From the IMG/VR virus record IMGVR_UViG_3300045988_118631, positions 1 through 16,201 of that record: a stretch of DNA of 16,201 nt; one strand, 5' to 3'. The notes under the pieces are model-generated. The model was not told the origin of the DNA. It saw only the letters and a list, made by a program, of their open reading frames with translations, and searched no databases. The position numbers were made by a program, and so were the translations under genes. Shown here piece by piece: positions 5,966 to 13,801 of this stretch. Positions within the stretch are counted from its first letter, which is position 1. Each line of letters starts with the position of its first letter. The stretch comes from a virus.

Positions 5966-7547
5966 CCTCCAGACCCGCCGCTTCGCCATCCGAGCCGACG
6001 CCGACGCCGAGCCGCGCACCGTGCGCGGCCTGGCCGTCCCCTACGGCGTCGAAATTGAGCTCGCCCCCGGCTACTTCGAGAGTATCGCGCCCGGCGCTCT
6101 CGCCGACCGAGCCGACGACGCGACCAGCCTCAAACTCGTGTGGCGACACGACGAACCCATTGGCCTGATTACCTCGGCTACCGAGACCGCCGAAGGTATC
6201 GAGATCGAAGCCCGTTTCTCGGACACGCAGACCGCCCGCGACGCCTACCAGCTAGTCAAGGACGGCGTCATTGACCGCCTCTCCATCGGCTTCATTCCGC
6301 TCACCTACGAACGCGCCGAAGCCGACGACGGCACGCACACCACCATTACCAGCCTGGACCTCCGAGAAGTCAGCCTGGTTCCCTTCCCTGCCTACGACGG
6401 CGCGACCGTGACCGAAGTACGCGAACAACCCACCCCCACCGAAAGGACAACCCCCATGACCGACGCACCCGCCTACGCGCTCGCCTCCGACCTGGACGAC
6501 CTGCGCGCCGACATCACCGCCATGGAGCAGCGCGCGACCCTCGCCGCCGCCGAGCGCGGCACCGCCCCCGCCGCCGACAAGCGCACCCCCGGCGAAGCCA
6601 TTAAGGCCCTCATCAACGATGAGGCATACCGCGCCGAGATCGCCGCGATCCAGACCCGCGCCTTCAACGGCACTCCCTCCAGTGCGGATGCAACCATGGT
6701 TGTCCCCGAATGGATCAAGGATCTGACGCGCATCGTCGATAAGCCCAACGTCCTGGCCGGGCTGTTCTCGCGCGGCGCTCTCCCCGCCGATGGGATGGAG
6801 CTCGACTTTACCGAGCTCGCGACCAACACCCTGACCGTGAACGCACAGACCGCCGAAGGTGCTGATCTCCAGATGGGTAAGATCACCACCAAGAAGCGCA
6901 GCGCGCCGATCAAGACCTTCGGCGGTTATACCGAGCTCTCTCGCCAGGCGATTGAGCGTACCCGCGTCAATCTCCTGGACACGTCCCTGCGCGGCATGGC
7001 TATCGCCGCTGGCCAGGCCTCGGCCTCCTACTTCGCCACGCAGTTCGCCACCGCCGTCAAGGCGCAGGACGCCTCCAAGCTCGCCGTCTCCAAGGCCGCG
7101 ACCGCCCTCACCTGGTCGGACATCTCCGGTATCTTCATCGACGCCGCCGCGCGATTCGCCGACCAGGCCCTGACCCTGGACGGCCTGGTTGTCGATCTCG
7201 CGACCTTCAAGGCGCTTTCCGGCCTGACCGGCACGGACGGACGCCCGCTCATGCGAGCCACCGAGAACCCCACCAACACGATTGGCACGACGAACGCCAA
7301 GGCCCTGACCGGCGTCATTCTCGATGTGCCCGTGACCTGCAACCTGCGCGCGACCGCTGGCGAGCTCGGCGCGGGCATCGTGGGCGCGTTCTACAACTCC
7401 GAGGCGATCCGCACCTACGAGACCCCGCTTGTTCAGCTTCAGGATGAGAACATTGTCAACCTGAGCAAGCAGTTCTCGGTCTATCGCTACGGGGCCGTGG
7501 CTACCGAAATTCCGACCGGCCTCGTGCCCCTGAAGATCGGGGCCTGA
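5958..7547 (+). CDS. Prohead protease (HK97 family) fused in frame to an HK97-fold major capsid protein (529 aa from ATG 5958)
   Basis: The N-terminal ~165 aa carries protease motifs (RGLAVPYG, LKLVWRHDEPIG, DRLSIGF, REVSLVPFPAY). The rest has a coiled-coil N-arm and a capsid-like body. No stop occurs between the two parts. ATG 5958 overlaps the portal stop; the track start 5901 lies inside the portal gene. Confidence 0.85.
   Translation: MNDLQTRRFAIRADADAEPRTVRGLAVPYGVEIELAPGYFESIAPGALADRADDATSLKLVWRHDEPIGLITSATETAEGIEIEARFSDTQTARDAYQLVKDGVIDRLSIGFIPLTYERAEADDGTHTTITSLDLREVSLVPFPAYDGATVTEVREQPTPTERTTPMTDAPAYALASDLDDLRADITAMEQRATLAAAERGTAPAADKRTPGEAIKALINDEAYRAEIAAIQTRAFNGTPSSADATMVVPEWIKDLTRIVDKPNVLAGLFSRGALPADGMELDFTELATNTLTVNAQTAEGADLQMGKITTKKRSAPIKTFGGYTELSRQAIERTRVNLLDTSLRGMAIAAGQASASYFATQFATAVKAQDASKLAVSKAATALTWSDISGIFIDAAARFADQALTLDGLVVDLATFKALSGLTGTDGRPLMRATENPTNTIGTTNAKALTGVILDVPVTCNLRATAGELGAGIVGAFYNSEAIRTYETPLVQLQDENIVNLSKQFSVYRYGAVATEIPTGLVPLKIGA
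6456..7547 (+). CDS. Possible nested in-frame major capsid protein from an internal start (363 aa)
   Basis: GAAAGGACAACCCCCATG at 6441-6458 copies the RBS context of the endolysin start (GAAAGGACACCAACCATG) and the chaperone start (GTAAGGACACCACCCATG). The ATG sits exactly at the protease/capsid domain boundary. Confidence 0.4.
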   Translation: MTDAPAYALASDLDDLRADITAMEQRATLAAAERGTAPAADKRTPGEAIKALINDEAYRAEIAAIQTRAFNGTPSSADATMVVPEWIKDLTRIVDKPNVLAGLFSRGALPADGMELDFTELATNTLTVNAQTAEGADLQMGKITTKKRSAPIKTFGGYTELSRQAIERTRVNLLDTSLRGMAIAAGQASASYFATQFATAVKAQDASKLAVSKAATALTWSDISGIFIDAAARFADQALTLDGLVVDLATFKALSGLTGTDGRPLMRATENPTNTIGTTNAKALTGVILDVPVTCNLRATAGELGAGIVGAFYNSEAIRTYETPLVQLQDENIVNLSKQFSVYRYGAVATEIPTGLVPLKIGA

Positions 7548-7549
7548 CC

Positions 7550-7864
7550 GTGAGTGCCGACCTGACCGCACGCATTGCCGCCTACGTGGGAGACGTGCCC
7601 AACGACGCATTCCTGAAAGAGTGCGCCGAGCAGGCCGCGACGCTCATTCGCGATCAGGTCGGCACCGCGACCGTGCCCGCCGAAATCCTGGAGCGCGCGC
7701 AAATCGAAGTCGCCGCCGAGCTCTACCACCGTCGCAGTGCCCCCAACGGGATCAAGAACTTCGCCGATGGTTTCGACGGCACCGCCGCGATCCGCGTCGC
7801 ACGTGACGCCATGGTCGCCGCGCGCCCCCTCCTGGCCCCCTATCTACCCCTCGCGATCTCATGA
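7550..7864 (+). CDS. Head-tail connector/adaptor (gp6-like), GTG start (104 aa)
   Basis: Immediately follows the capsid gene. The pattern ...FLKECAEQAATLIRDQVG...AQIEVAAELYHRR is typical of gp6-like adaptors. Confidence 0.75.
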   Translation: MSADLTARIAAYVGDVPNDAFLKECAEQAATLIRDQVGTATVPAEILERAQIEVAAELYHRRSAPNGIKNFADGFDGTAAIRVARDAMVAARPLLAPYLPLAIS

Positions 7865-8256
7865 CAAACAGTGGACCTATCGCCGCCGCCCGCGCCGACC
7901 TCGCCGACGTCCTGACCCGAATCACCTCCATTCCCGTCCTGACGTCGATCCCGGAACGCCTGGCCCCGCCGTGCGTCGTCGTCACCGAAGGCACGCCCCT
8001 AGTCGCCCCCGACGAGAACGCGCACGGAGGCGTCACGGTACGGCTCTCGATCACGGTTGCGGTCGCACCGACGACCAATGCCCTGGCCGTCGCCCGCCTG
8101 GACTCAGCCGTTGACGCAATCGTTGTCGGCATGGTCAGGGAGGGCATGTTCGCCGCCGTGGACGCCTACCAGACGATCAAGGGCGCAGATGGGCAGGCCT
8201 ACCTCGCCGCCCCCATCACAACCGCAATCACCTACACCATAGAAAAGGACTCCTGA
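7861..8256 (+). CDS. Head-tail joining / tail-terminator-like protein (131 aa)
   Basis: ATGA-coupled to the adaptor. The N-terminal pattern LADVLTRITSIPVLTSIPERLAPPCVVV resembles tail-terminator (DUF3168-like) proteins. Called from position and pattern only. Confidence 0.5.
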   Translation: MTNSGPIAAARADLADVLTRITSIPVLTSIPERLAPPCVVVTEGTPLVAPDENAHGGVTVRLSITVAVAPTTNALAVARLDSAVDAIVVGMVREGMFAAVDAYQTIKGADGQAYLAAPITTAITYTIEKDS

Positions 8257-8258
8257 CC

Positions 8259-8717
8259 ATGACTGTCACCCGCAATACTCGCATCCTCGGTAACAAGCTC
8301 GGTTTCTCCATTGCCGGTAAGGACTACTGGAGCGACATCTCCAGCTATGAGCTCTCGCCCGAAACCTCTGATAAGGACGTCGTCACCTTCGCAGATGCCC
8401 TATCCGGCGCGTCCTCGGCCTGGAAGTTGAAGGGGAAGGCCATCGTCTCATTCGACGCCGGTTCTTTCTGGGACATGCTCTGGTCCCAGGCTGGCCGTAC
8501 CGTTGACGTCCTGGTCGCACCTTTCGGCAATAAGGTGGCGACTGCGAAGCAACCGCATTTCAAGATCAAGGCGAAGATCGGCGTCAAGCCGTCGATCAGC
8601 TCCGAGGCTGGCGACGAAAAGGGCTCGACGTTTGACTTCGAGTGGCAGTGCGAAGGCGAACCCGAGAAGCTCACCGCCACGTCGACGCTCGGCGCGGGCA
8701 ACATGGAAGACAACTAA
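8259..8717 (+). CDS. Major tail protein (152 aa)
   Basis: Lies upstream of the chaperone/tape-measure genes. It looks beta-rich, has lower GC3 than its neighbours, and has AAGGAC upstream of the ATG. Confidence 0.6.
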   Translation: MTVTRNTRILGNKLGFSIAGKDYWSDISSYELSPETSDKDVVTFADALSGASSAWKLKGKAIVSFDAGSFWDMLWSQAGRTVDVLVAPFGNKVATAKQPHFKIKAKIGVKPSISSEAGDEKGSTFDFEWQCEGEPEKLTATSTLGAGNMEDN

Positions 8718-8722
8718 TCTCC

Positions 8723-9127
8723 ATGACCGGCATTCGTGACGGCCGCGTGAACCTGGACGGCGGTAGCGTCGAAATCACGGGCATTAAAGCGCTCCTGCGC
8801 GACGCCGAAGCGGTGGGCGTGGCCGTCACGGACCTGAAAGACCTCACGTATAGGCTCGCAACGCCTATTGCCACCCTCGCCAAGACAATGGCACCCCACA
8901 AGGACGGCGACCTGCAAGCAGGGATCAAGCCAAGCCGATCTAAGCGGAAAGTCATGGTGAGAGTGGGCTCCAAGTCACGCCTCCCATACGCGGGCGTGCG
9001 TCACTGGGGAGCCGACTCACGCAGCGGCCCCCGATGGCTTTCCCAAGCCGAAGAAATGATGCGTCCCAGGACGTTCGCGGGCTTTGGGAAGGGCATCAAG
9101 GAACTACTCGACCAACACAACTGGTAA
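8723..9127 (+). CDS. HK97 gp10-like tail-completion/neck protein (134 aa from ATG 8723)
   Basis: LAKTMAPHKDGDLQAGIKPSRSKRKVMVRVGSKSRLPYAGVRHWG matches the gp10-family pattern (aP..tG.L..si...v.vg...pYa..ve.G). The track start 8642 lies inside the major tail gene. Confidence 0.6.
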   Translation: MTGIRDGRVNLDGGSVEITGIKALLRDAEAVGVAVTDLKDLTYRLATPIATLAKTMAPHKDGDLQAGIKPSRSKRKVMVRVGSKSRLPYAGVRHWGADSRSGPRWLSQAEEMMRPRTFAGFGKGIKELLDQHNW

Positions 9128-9138
9128 GGACACCACCC

Positions 9139-9384
9139 ATGAATATGAATGCGCTCACCCTCGGCGACCTGGAGTACTACGAACGCAAGACCGGCGAACC
9201 GATCACGTCCTTCGATCCCGAAGCGGGTGGCAGGCTCGCCCGTCCCATGATCGCCATGTGTGCCGTCTTGCTGTTCCGGCGCGGCGGCTACCAGACCCGT
9301 GACGACGCCTATACCGCCGCCGCCGATCTGACCATGGAAGACGCGACCGCTCTCGTTTCCACCCAGGAAACATCGGGGGAATGA
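9139..9384 (+). CDS. Tail assembly chaperone (gpG-like, 81 aa)
   Basis: Lies directly upstream of the tape measure. AAGGACAC RBS context, and a G5 run just before the stop. Confidence 0.6.
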   Translation: MNMNALTLGDLEYYERKTGEPITSFDPEAGGRLARPMIAMCAVLLFRRGGYQTRDDAYTAAADLTMEDATALVSTQETSGE

Positions 9385-9533
9385 CCGGCGCGACCTCCCT
9401 AAGCCCCGTCCTAGCGATCCTCGCCGTGGACGCCGGGATCAGCCCATGGGAGGCGCGCGAATATCTCACGCTAGAAGACGCGCGCGCGATCCTGGACCTC
9501 CTCCAGGAACGCGCCAAAGCACAGAAGGGATGA
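9381..9533 (+). CDS. -1 frame extension of the chaperone (gpT-like segment, 50 codons), or a small ATGA-coupled ORF
   Basis: Open -1 frame from 9381 (MTGATSLSPVLAILAVDAGISPWEAREYLTLEDARAILDLLQERAKAQKG) ends 3 nt before the tape-measure start. It is below the ORF-track size cut-off. The slip-prone tcGGGGGAAtga lies at 9373-9384. Confidence 0.45.
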   Translation: MTGATSLSPVLAILAVDAGISPWEAREYLTLEDARAILDLLQERAKAQKG

Positions 9534-9536
9534 CCG

Positions 9537-11816
9537 TTGGCTGGCCACGTCGTTAAGGTCTCAGTTGTCGCCGAGACCAAGAATTTCAGCCGAGCATTCA
9601 AGGGCCTGGCAAAGGAAACAGGCCTGACGAATCTCGCGAACGCGGGCAAACAGGCCGTGACGACCCTCGCGACCGTCGCCGCCGCTGGCGCCGCCGCTAT
9701 CGGCGTCGCAGGGGCGAAGGCCGTCAGTGCCGCCGCCGACCTGGAGCAGTCAACGGGCGCTATCGAAGCGGTATTCAAGTCCGGCGCAGACCAGATGAAG
9801 GCATTTGCCGATACGGCGGCGTCTTCGGTTGGTCTGACCAAAAACGAATACCAGGAATTGGGCACGTTGTTAGGGGCGCAGCTCAAAAACGGCGGTACAA
9901 GCCTTGATGAACTCGCAGGCAAGACGAACGATCTGATCGGCGTCGCCGCCGACTTGTCCGCGCAATTCGGCGGCTCGACCGCCGATGCCGTCGCCGCGCT
10001 CTCTAGCGCCCTAAAGGGTGAGCGCGATCCGATTGAGCGCTACGGCGTGTCCTTGAAGCAGGCCAGCATCGACGCCAAGGCCGCCGAGCTCGGATTCGAG
10101 AAGGTGGGCGGTTCCTTCGATACCGAGGCGCAGCAGGCCGCGACGCTCGCCTTGATTATGGAGCAGACAGCCGACGCGCACGGAGCCTTCGCACGGGAAG
10201 GCGACACGCTCGCGCATCAGGTGCAAGTCCTCAAAGCGCATTTCGGCGACTTCGCCGCCAAGGCCGGGACACTGGTCCTGCCCATGGTGACCGCCCTCGC
10301 GTCCGCCGCCGTGGAACATCTTGTGCCCGCGCTCGAATCGCTCTCGACGTGGGCAAAGGACGTCGCAATTCCGGCCCTCCAGGACTTCGCCGCGCGCATC
10401 CAGGCGAACGTCGTCCCGAAGATCAAGCAAGCCGCCGCCGTCTTCCAGACCGAGATTCGTCCCCGCCTCCAAGCCCTCATTGACTGGCTCACCACGACGG
10501 TCCCGCCCGCCGTGTCCCGCGTCGTCGCATTCTTCGAGAAGTTCGGCCCCGCTATCGCCGCCGCCGCTGGCGTGATCGGGACATTCGTCGCAGGCTTCAA
10601 GGCCTTCAACCAGATCAAGACGATCATCGGAGCCGCTAAAACCGCATGGGCGGCGCTCAATGCCACCATGGCCGCTAATCCGATCTTCCTCGTGATCGCC
10701 GCCATTGCCGCCCTGGTCGCGATCTTCGTAGCGCTCTACCAGAACAACGAGACTTTCCGCGCCGCCGTTGACGCCGCATGGGCACAGATCAAAGCCGCCG
10801 TGAGTGTCGTTGTCGAGTGGTTCCAAACCAACGTCGTGCCCGCCCTCAAAGCCGCGTGGGAGAAGATTCAAGCCGCGTGGGACGCCGTCTGGCCCCAACT
10901 CCAGGCCGCGTGGGCGTCCTATGGTCAGCCCGTCGTCGATCTCATCATTAGTGTGTTCCAAGGCCTCGCCGCGAACTGGGACACCATCTGGAACGGCATC
11001 TCCACCGTAGTATCCGGCGTCTGGCAAGTAATATCCAGCGTTATCTCCACCGTGGTAGGCGTGATCTCAGGAATTATCCAGGTCTGGACCTCGGCGCTCT
11101 CTGGCGACTGGCAGGGCGTCTGGGACGGCATTAAGCAGATCGTTTCCAGCGTCTGGGACGGCATTAAGGGCGTCATTAACGGGGCCCTGAACATCGTCAA
11201 GGGATACATCACATACGCCATGGGCGTGATCTCCGGCATTTTCTCCGGCGTCTGGTCCTCCATCTCATCGACCGTATCAGGGGCCTGGAGCGGCATCACG
11301 GGCGCGATCTCCAGCGGCGTCTCATCCGCCGTGTCCTTCATCTCATCACTGCCCTCGCGTGCCCTATCCGCGCTCGGCAACCTCGGCTCGCTCCTGATCG
11401 GAGCCGGTAAGAGCCTCATCCAGGGTTTCATCAACGGCATCAGCTCAATGATTGGCTCGGTCAAATCCACGCTCGGCAACCTGACCTCCAGCCTGACGTC
11501 CTGGAAGGGGCCCGCCGACTATGACGCGATCCTACTCACGCCAGCCGGTCGCCTCGTGATCGACGGCTTCATTAGGGGCCTGGAATCGCGGTACGGCGCA
11601 GTGCGTCGATCCCTCGGCGCGCTCACGGGCATGGTCGCCGACACCGACGCCGGTTCGCTCGGCCTCCCTGACGCCAGCGGCCTGGCCGGTCTGCGCTCGC
11701 GCGGCGGCGTCACCATCCATGTGACCGCGAACATGCTCCACCCGTCGATTGACGCGGGCCGCGTGATCGCCCAATCCATCGACCAATACACCCGCCTAAA
11801 CGGAGCAGGACGATAG
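9537..11816 (+). CDS. Tape measure protein (759 aa, TTG start)
   Basis: Largest gene. Ala-rich helical N-terminal part, a hydrophobic segment PIFLVIAAIAALVAIFVALY, then long W/G/S/I-rich repeats with 11-residue spacing. Confidence 0.92.
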   Translation: MAGHVVKVSVVAETKNFSRAFKGLAKETGLTNLANAGKQAVTTLATVAAAGAAAIGVAGAKAVSAAADLEQSTGAIEAVFKSGADQMKAFADTAASSVGLTKNEYQELGTLLGAQLKNGGTSLDELAGKTNDLIGVAADLSAQFGGSTADAVAALSSALKGERDPIERYGVSLKQASIDAKAAELGFEKVGGSFDTEAQQAATLALIMEQTADAHGAFAREGDTLAHQVQVLKAHFGDFAAKAGTLVLPMVTALASAAVEHLVPALESLSTWAKDVAIPALQDFAARIQANVVPKIKQAAAVFQTEIRPRLQALIDWLTTTVPPAVSRVVAFFEKFGPAIAAAAGVIGTFVAGFKAFNQIKTIIGAAKTAWAALNATMAANPIFLVIAAIAALVAIFVALYQNNETFRAAVDAAWAQIKAAVSVVVEWFQTNVVPALKAAWEKIQAAWDAVWPQLQAAWASYGQPVVDLIISVFQGLAANWDTIWNGISTVVSGVWQVISSVISTVVGVISGIIQVWTSALSGDWQGVWDGIKQIVSSVWDGIKGVINGALNIVKGYITYAMGVISGIFSGVWSSISSTVSGAWSGITGAISSGVSSAVSFISSLPSRALSALGNLGSLLIGAGKSLIQGFINGISSMIGSVKSTLGNLTSSLTSWKGPADYDAILLTPAGRLVIDGFIRGLESRYGAVRRSLGALTGMVADTDAGSLGLPDASGLAGLRSRGGVTIHVTANMLHPSIDAGRVIAQSIDQYTRLNGAGR

Positions 11817-11819
11817 GCC

Positions 11820-13433
11820 ATGACGACCCTACCTAGCCCCTCCCTCGCCGACTACAGCGGCGCGACCTGCCAGCCCCTTAGCGGCGGGCGCGTGCGCTTC
11901 ACCCTCACGCCCGGATCGAGTGCCCTCACCATCACGGTGCCCAACCTCGTGCCAGGTCACCGCATCGGCGCACAAATTCGCGTGCGCGCCGACCAGCCCG
12001 GCAAGCGGATCGTCATCCGCATCGGCAACCAAGCCAACACCTACGGGCCCGGCCCCATCTACACGGTATCCGCCGAAAACTCCGCCATGGGGACCGAGCT
12101 CGCCATTGACGTGGCAGGCCTCCAGACCGGCATCATTGAAGCCATCACGGTCTGGGACCGTACCGACATCCCAGCCAACCCCCGGCCCTGCGACGTACTC
12201 AGCCTCCAGGCGTACTATCCGCTACCCGGCTTCTTCGGTCTCAGGTGGAACAACGCCAGGTGGAATCGCGCCTCATGGACGCTCGGCGTCGCCAAGCCGT
12301 GGGCAATGACGTGGAATCGCAACGCCTGGGACACTCGCGCATGGAACCAAGGCGAAACGAACATATCGCAGTGGCAGGACATCCTCGGCCCGTGTACCGA
12401 TCTCACCGTGACGCGCGGCGTCACGACAAATGGCCCCGCCATGAGCGCCGCCGTGGGCACCCTGACCGCGCACGCGATCAACGCCCTAAGCCCCCGCGCG
12501 ACCGGCCTCCACCACGGCACGCCAATTCGCCTGATCCATTGGCCAACCAGGACGGCGATCTATACCGGCGTCATTACGGACCTCACGATCACGCCCCACA
12601 AGCCTGGCTCGCGCGTGGACTATGAGGTCACCCTCACCGCATCCGACAACGTCGCCCGCCTCGCCTCGCTCACGCGCTACGGAGCCAAAGCAGACGGGGG
12701 CAACGGATCGGAGCCCTGGACCGCGCGCCTGGACCGACTCATCAAGTCGGCCCCGGAACTGACCTACCGCATCCACGACACTGCCACGCAGACCGTGCCG
12801 CCGACCGTCTGGGAAACCAGCCTTGCCAAGCACCTGGACGCCCTCACGGCCTCTGTCCTCGGCTCCTGGACCGTGGAACGCGACGGCACCGTATCTATCC
12901 GCATTGCGCGACCCCGATCCGCGGCGATCACGCTCACAGACGCCGAAGAATCCGCGATCAATTCCGGCATTTGGTCTTACACAGACGTCAACGTTGCGTG
13001 GGCGTCCGCCGACGCCGTCGCACACGTGACGATCAATAACCATGGCGCGAAATGGGACGCAGAAAACAGCGAGTGGACCGCCGACGACACGGAGACAACC
13101 GTTGACGATCCGACCGCCGCGAACGCGTGGGGAGGATCGGCGATCTCGATTGATACCACCCTCCCAGCCGACGCCGTCGAAAGGACGGCACGCCGCTACC
13201 TCGCCGCCGCGAACGCCGATCCCGCGCCTTCCAGTGTGTCCCTCGTGGCCGCGCACGATACCGGTCCCGCCGACCGAGGCGCGCACATGGCCACCGCCGC
13301 GACCTTCGACCCTATCAGTGCGATCAACGTCGAATGGCGCGGCGAAGACGCTCGCGCACTCATTACCCAGGTCACGCACACGATCACGCCGACGACCTGG
13401 AAAACCCGCCTGAACCTCACAAACAACCAGTAG
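11820..13433 (+). CDS. Minor tail protein with a distal-tail-protein (Dit)-like core and an N-terminal extension (537 aa)
   Basis: First gene after the tape measure. TDLTVTRGV...GTLTAHAINA...GTPIRLIHW...IYTGVITDLTI resembles siphovirus Dit proteins. The N-terminal ~190 aa adds an extra domain plus a Trp repeat. Confidence 0.6.
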   Translation: MTTLPSPSLADYSGATCQPLSGGRVRFTLTPGSSALTITVPNLVPGHRIGAQIRVRADQPGKRIVIRIGNQANTYGPGPIYTVSAENSAMGTELAIDVAGLQTGIIEAITVWDRTDIPANPRPCDVLSLQAYYPLPGFFGLRWNNARWNRASWTLGVAKPWAMTWNRNAWDTRAWNQGETNISQWQDILGPCTDLTVTRGVTTNGPAMSAAVGTLTAHAINALSPRATGLHHGTPIRLIHWPTRTAIYTGVITDLTITPHKPGSRVDYEVTLTASDNVARLASLTRYGAKADGGNGSEPWTARLDRLIKSAPELTYRIHDTATQTVPPTVWETSLAKHLDALTASVLGSWTVERDGTVSIRIARPRSAAITLTDAEESAINSGIWSYTDVNVAWASADAVAHVTINNHGAKWDAENSEWTADDTETTVDDPTAANAWGGSAISIDTTLPADAVERTARRYLAAANADPAPSSVSLVAAHDTGPADRGAHMATAATFDPISAINVEWRGEDARALITQVTHTITPTTWKTRLNLTNNQ

Positions 13434-13444
13434 AAAGGCCCCTC

Positions 13445-13780
13445 ATGAAAACGTTTGTCCCTGGCGAGATCGCCCGCGCCGAAGACGTCAACGCGAATTT
13501 CGCCGAGCTCAAAACCGCAACCGACAAGCTCACCGCCGCATTCCAGCTTGGGCAGGTCGCGATTAACTCCCTCCAGCCCGGCGAAGCGACCAACTCCTAC
13601 AAGATCGCCTTCCCCAAGCGATTCGCCAAGACCCCCATGGTCTTCATGCAGTCGCAGAATCAGCGCCTAAACGTCGCCGCATGGGACATCACCCCCGAAG
13701 GCTTCACGTGGATGGCGCACAACAACACTGGTGGAGCATCGGCCTACGCCCAAATCATGTGGGTTGCAATCTCCCTCTAA
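13445..13780 (+). CDS. Small tail-tip / receptor-binding candidate with an H-type-lectin-like domain (111 aa)
   Basis: GAAAGG lies 6 nt upstream of ATG 13445. YKIAFPKRFAKTPMVFMQSQ...VAAWDITPEGFTW...IMWVAI fits the H_lectin pattern (F..pF...P.V ... v..vt..GF ... WiA). The N-terminal GEIARAEDVNANFAEL is a fibre-like motif. Confidence 0.5.
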   Translation: MKTFVPGEIARAEDVNANFAELKTATDKLTAAFQLGQVAINSLQPGEATNSYKIAFPKRFAKTPMVFMQSQNQRLNVAAWDITPEGFTWMAHNNTGGASAYAQIMWVAISL

Positions 13781-13801
13781 CCACCCGAAAGGACACCAAC
13801 C

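Noticed and set aside
6252-7610. 452-aa minus-strand ORF antisense to the capsid gene
   Set aside because: It is a typical high-GC antisense shadow ORF: Gly/Arg/Asp/Val-rich and low complexity, with no motif. It is fully covered by a well-supported plus-strand capsid gene.
8642-8722. Upstream extensions of track ORFs (8642, 9034, 13334, 14610, 5901)
   Set aside because: Each extension lies inside the preceding well-supported gene in another frame. Internal ATGs with RBS or ATGA coupling (8723, 9139, 13445, 14781, 5958) give non-overlapping, syntenic genes.
9203-13379. Long minus-strand ORFs 9203-9922, 10011-11027, 10217-10705, 10925-11479 and 12486-13379
   Set aside because: All lie antisense to the tape measure and tail-tip genes. 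They have Arg/Gly/Pro-rich shadow composition and no start context.
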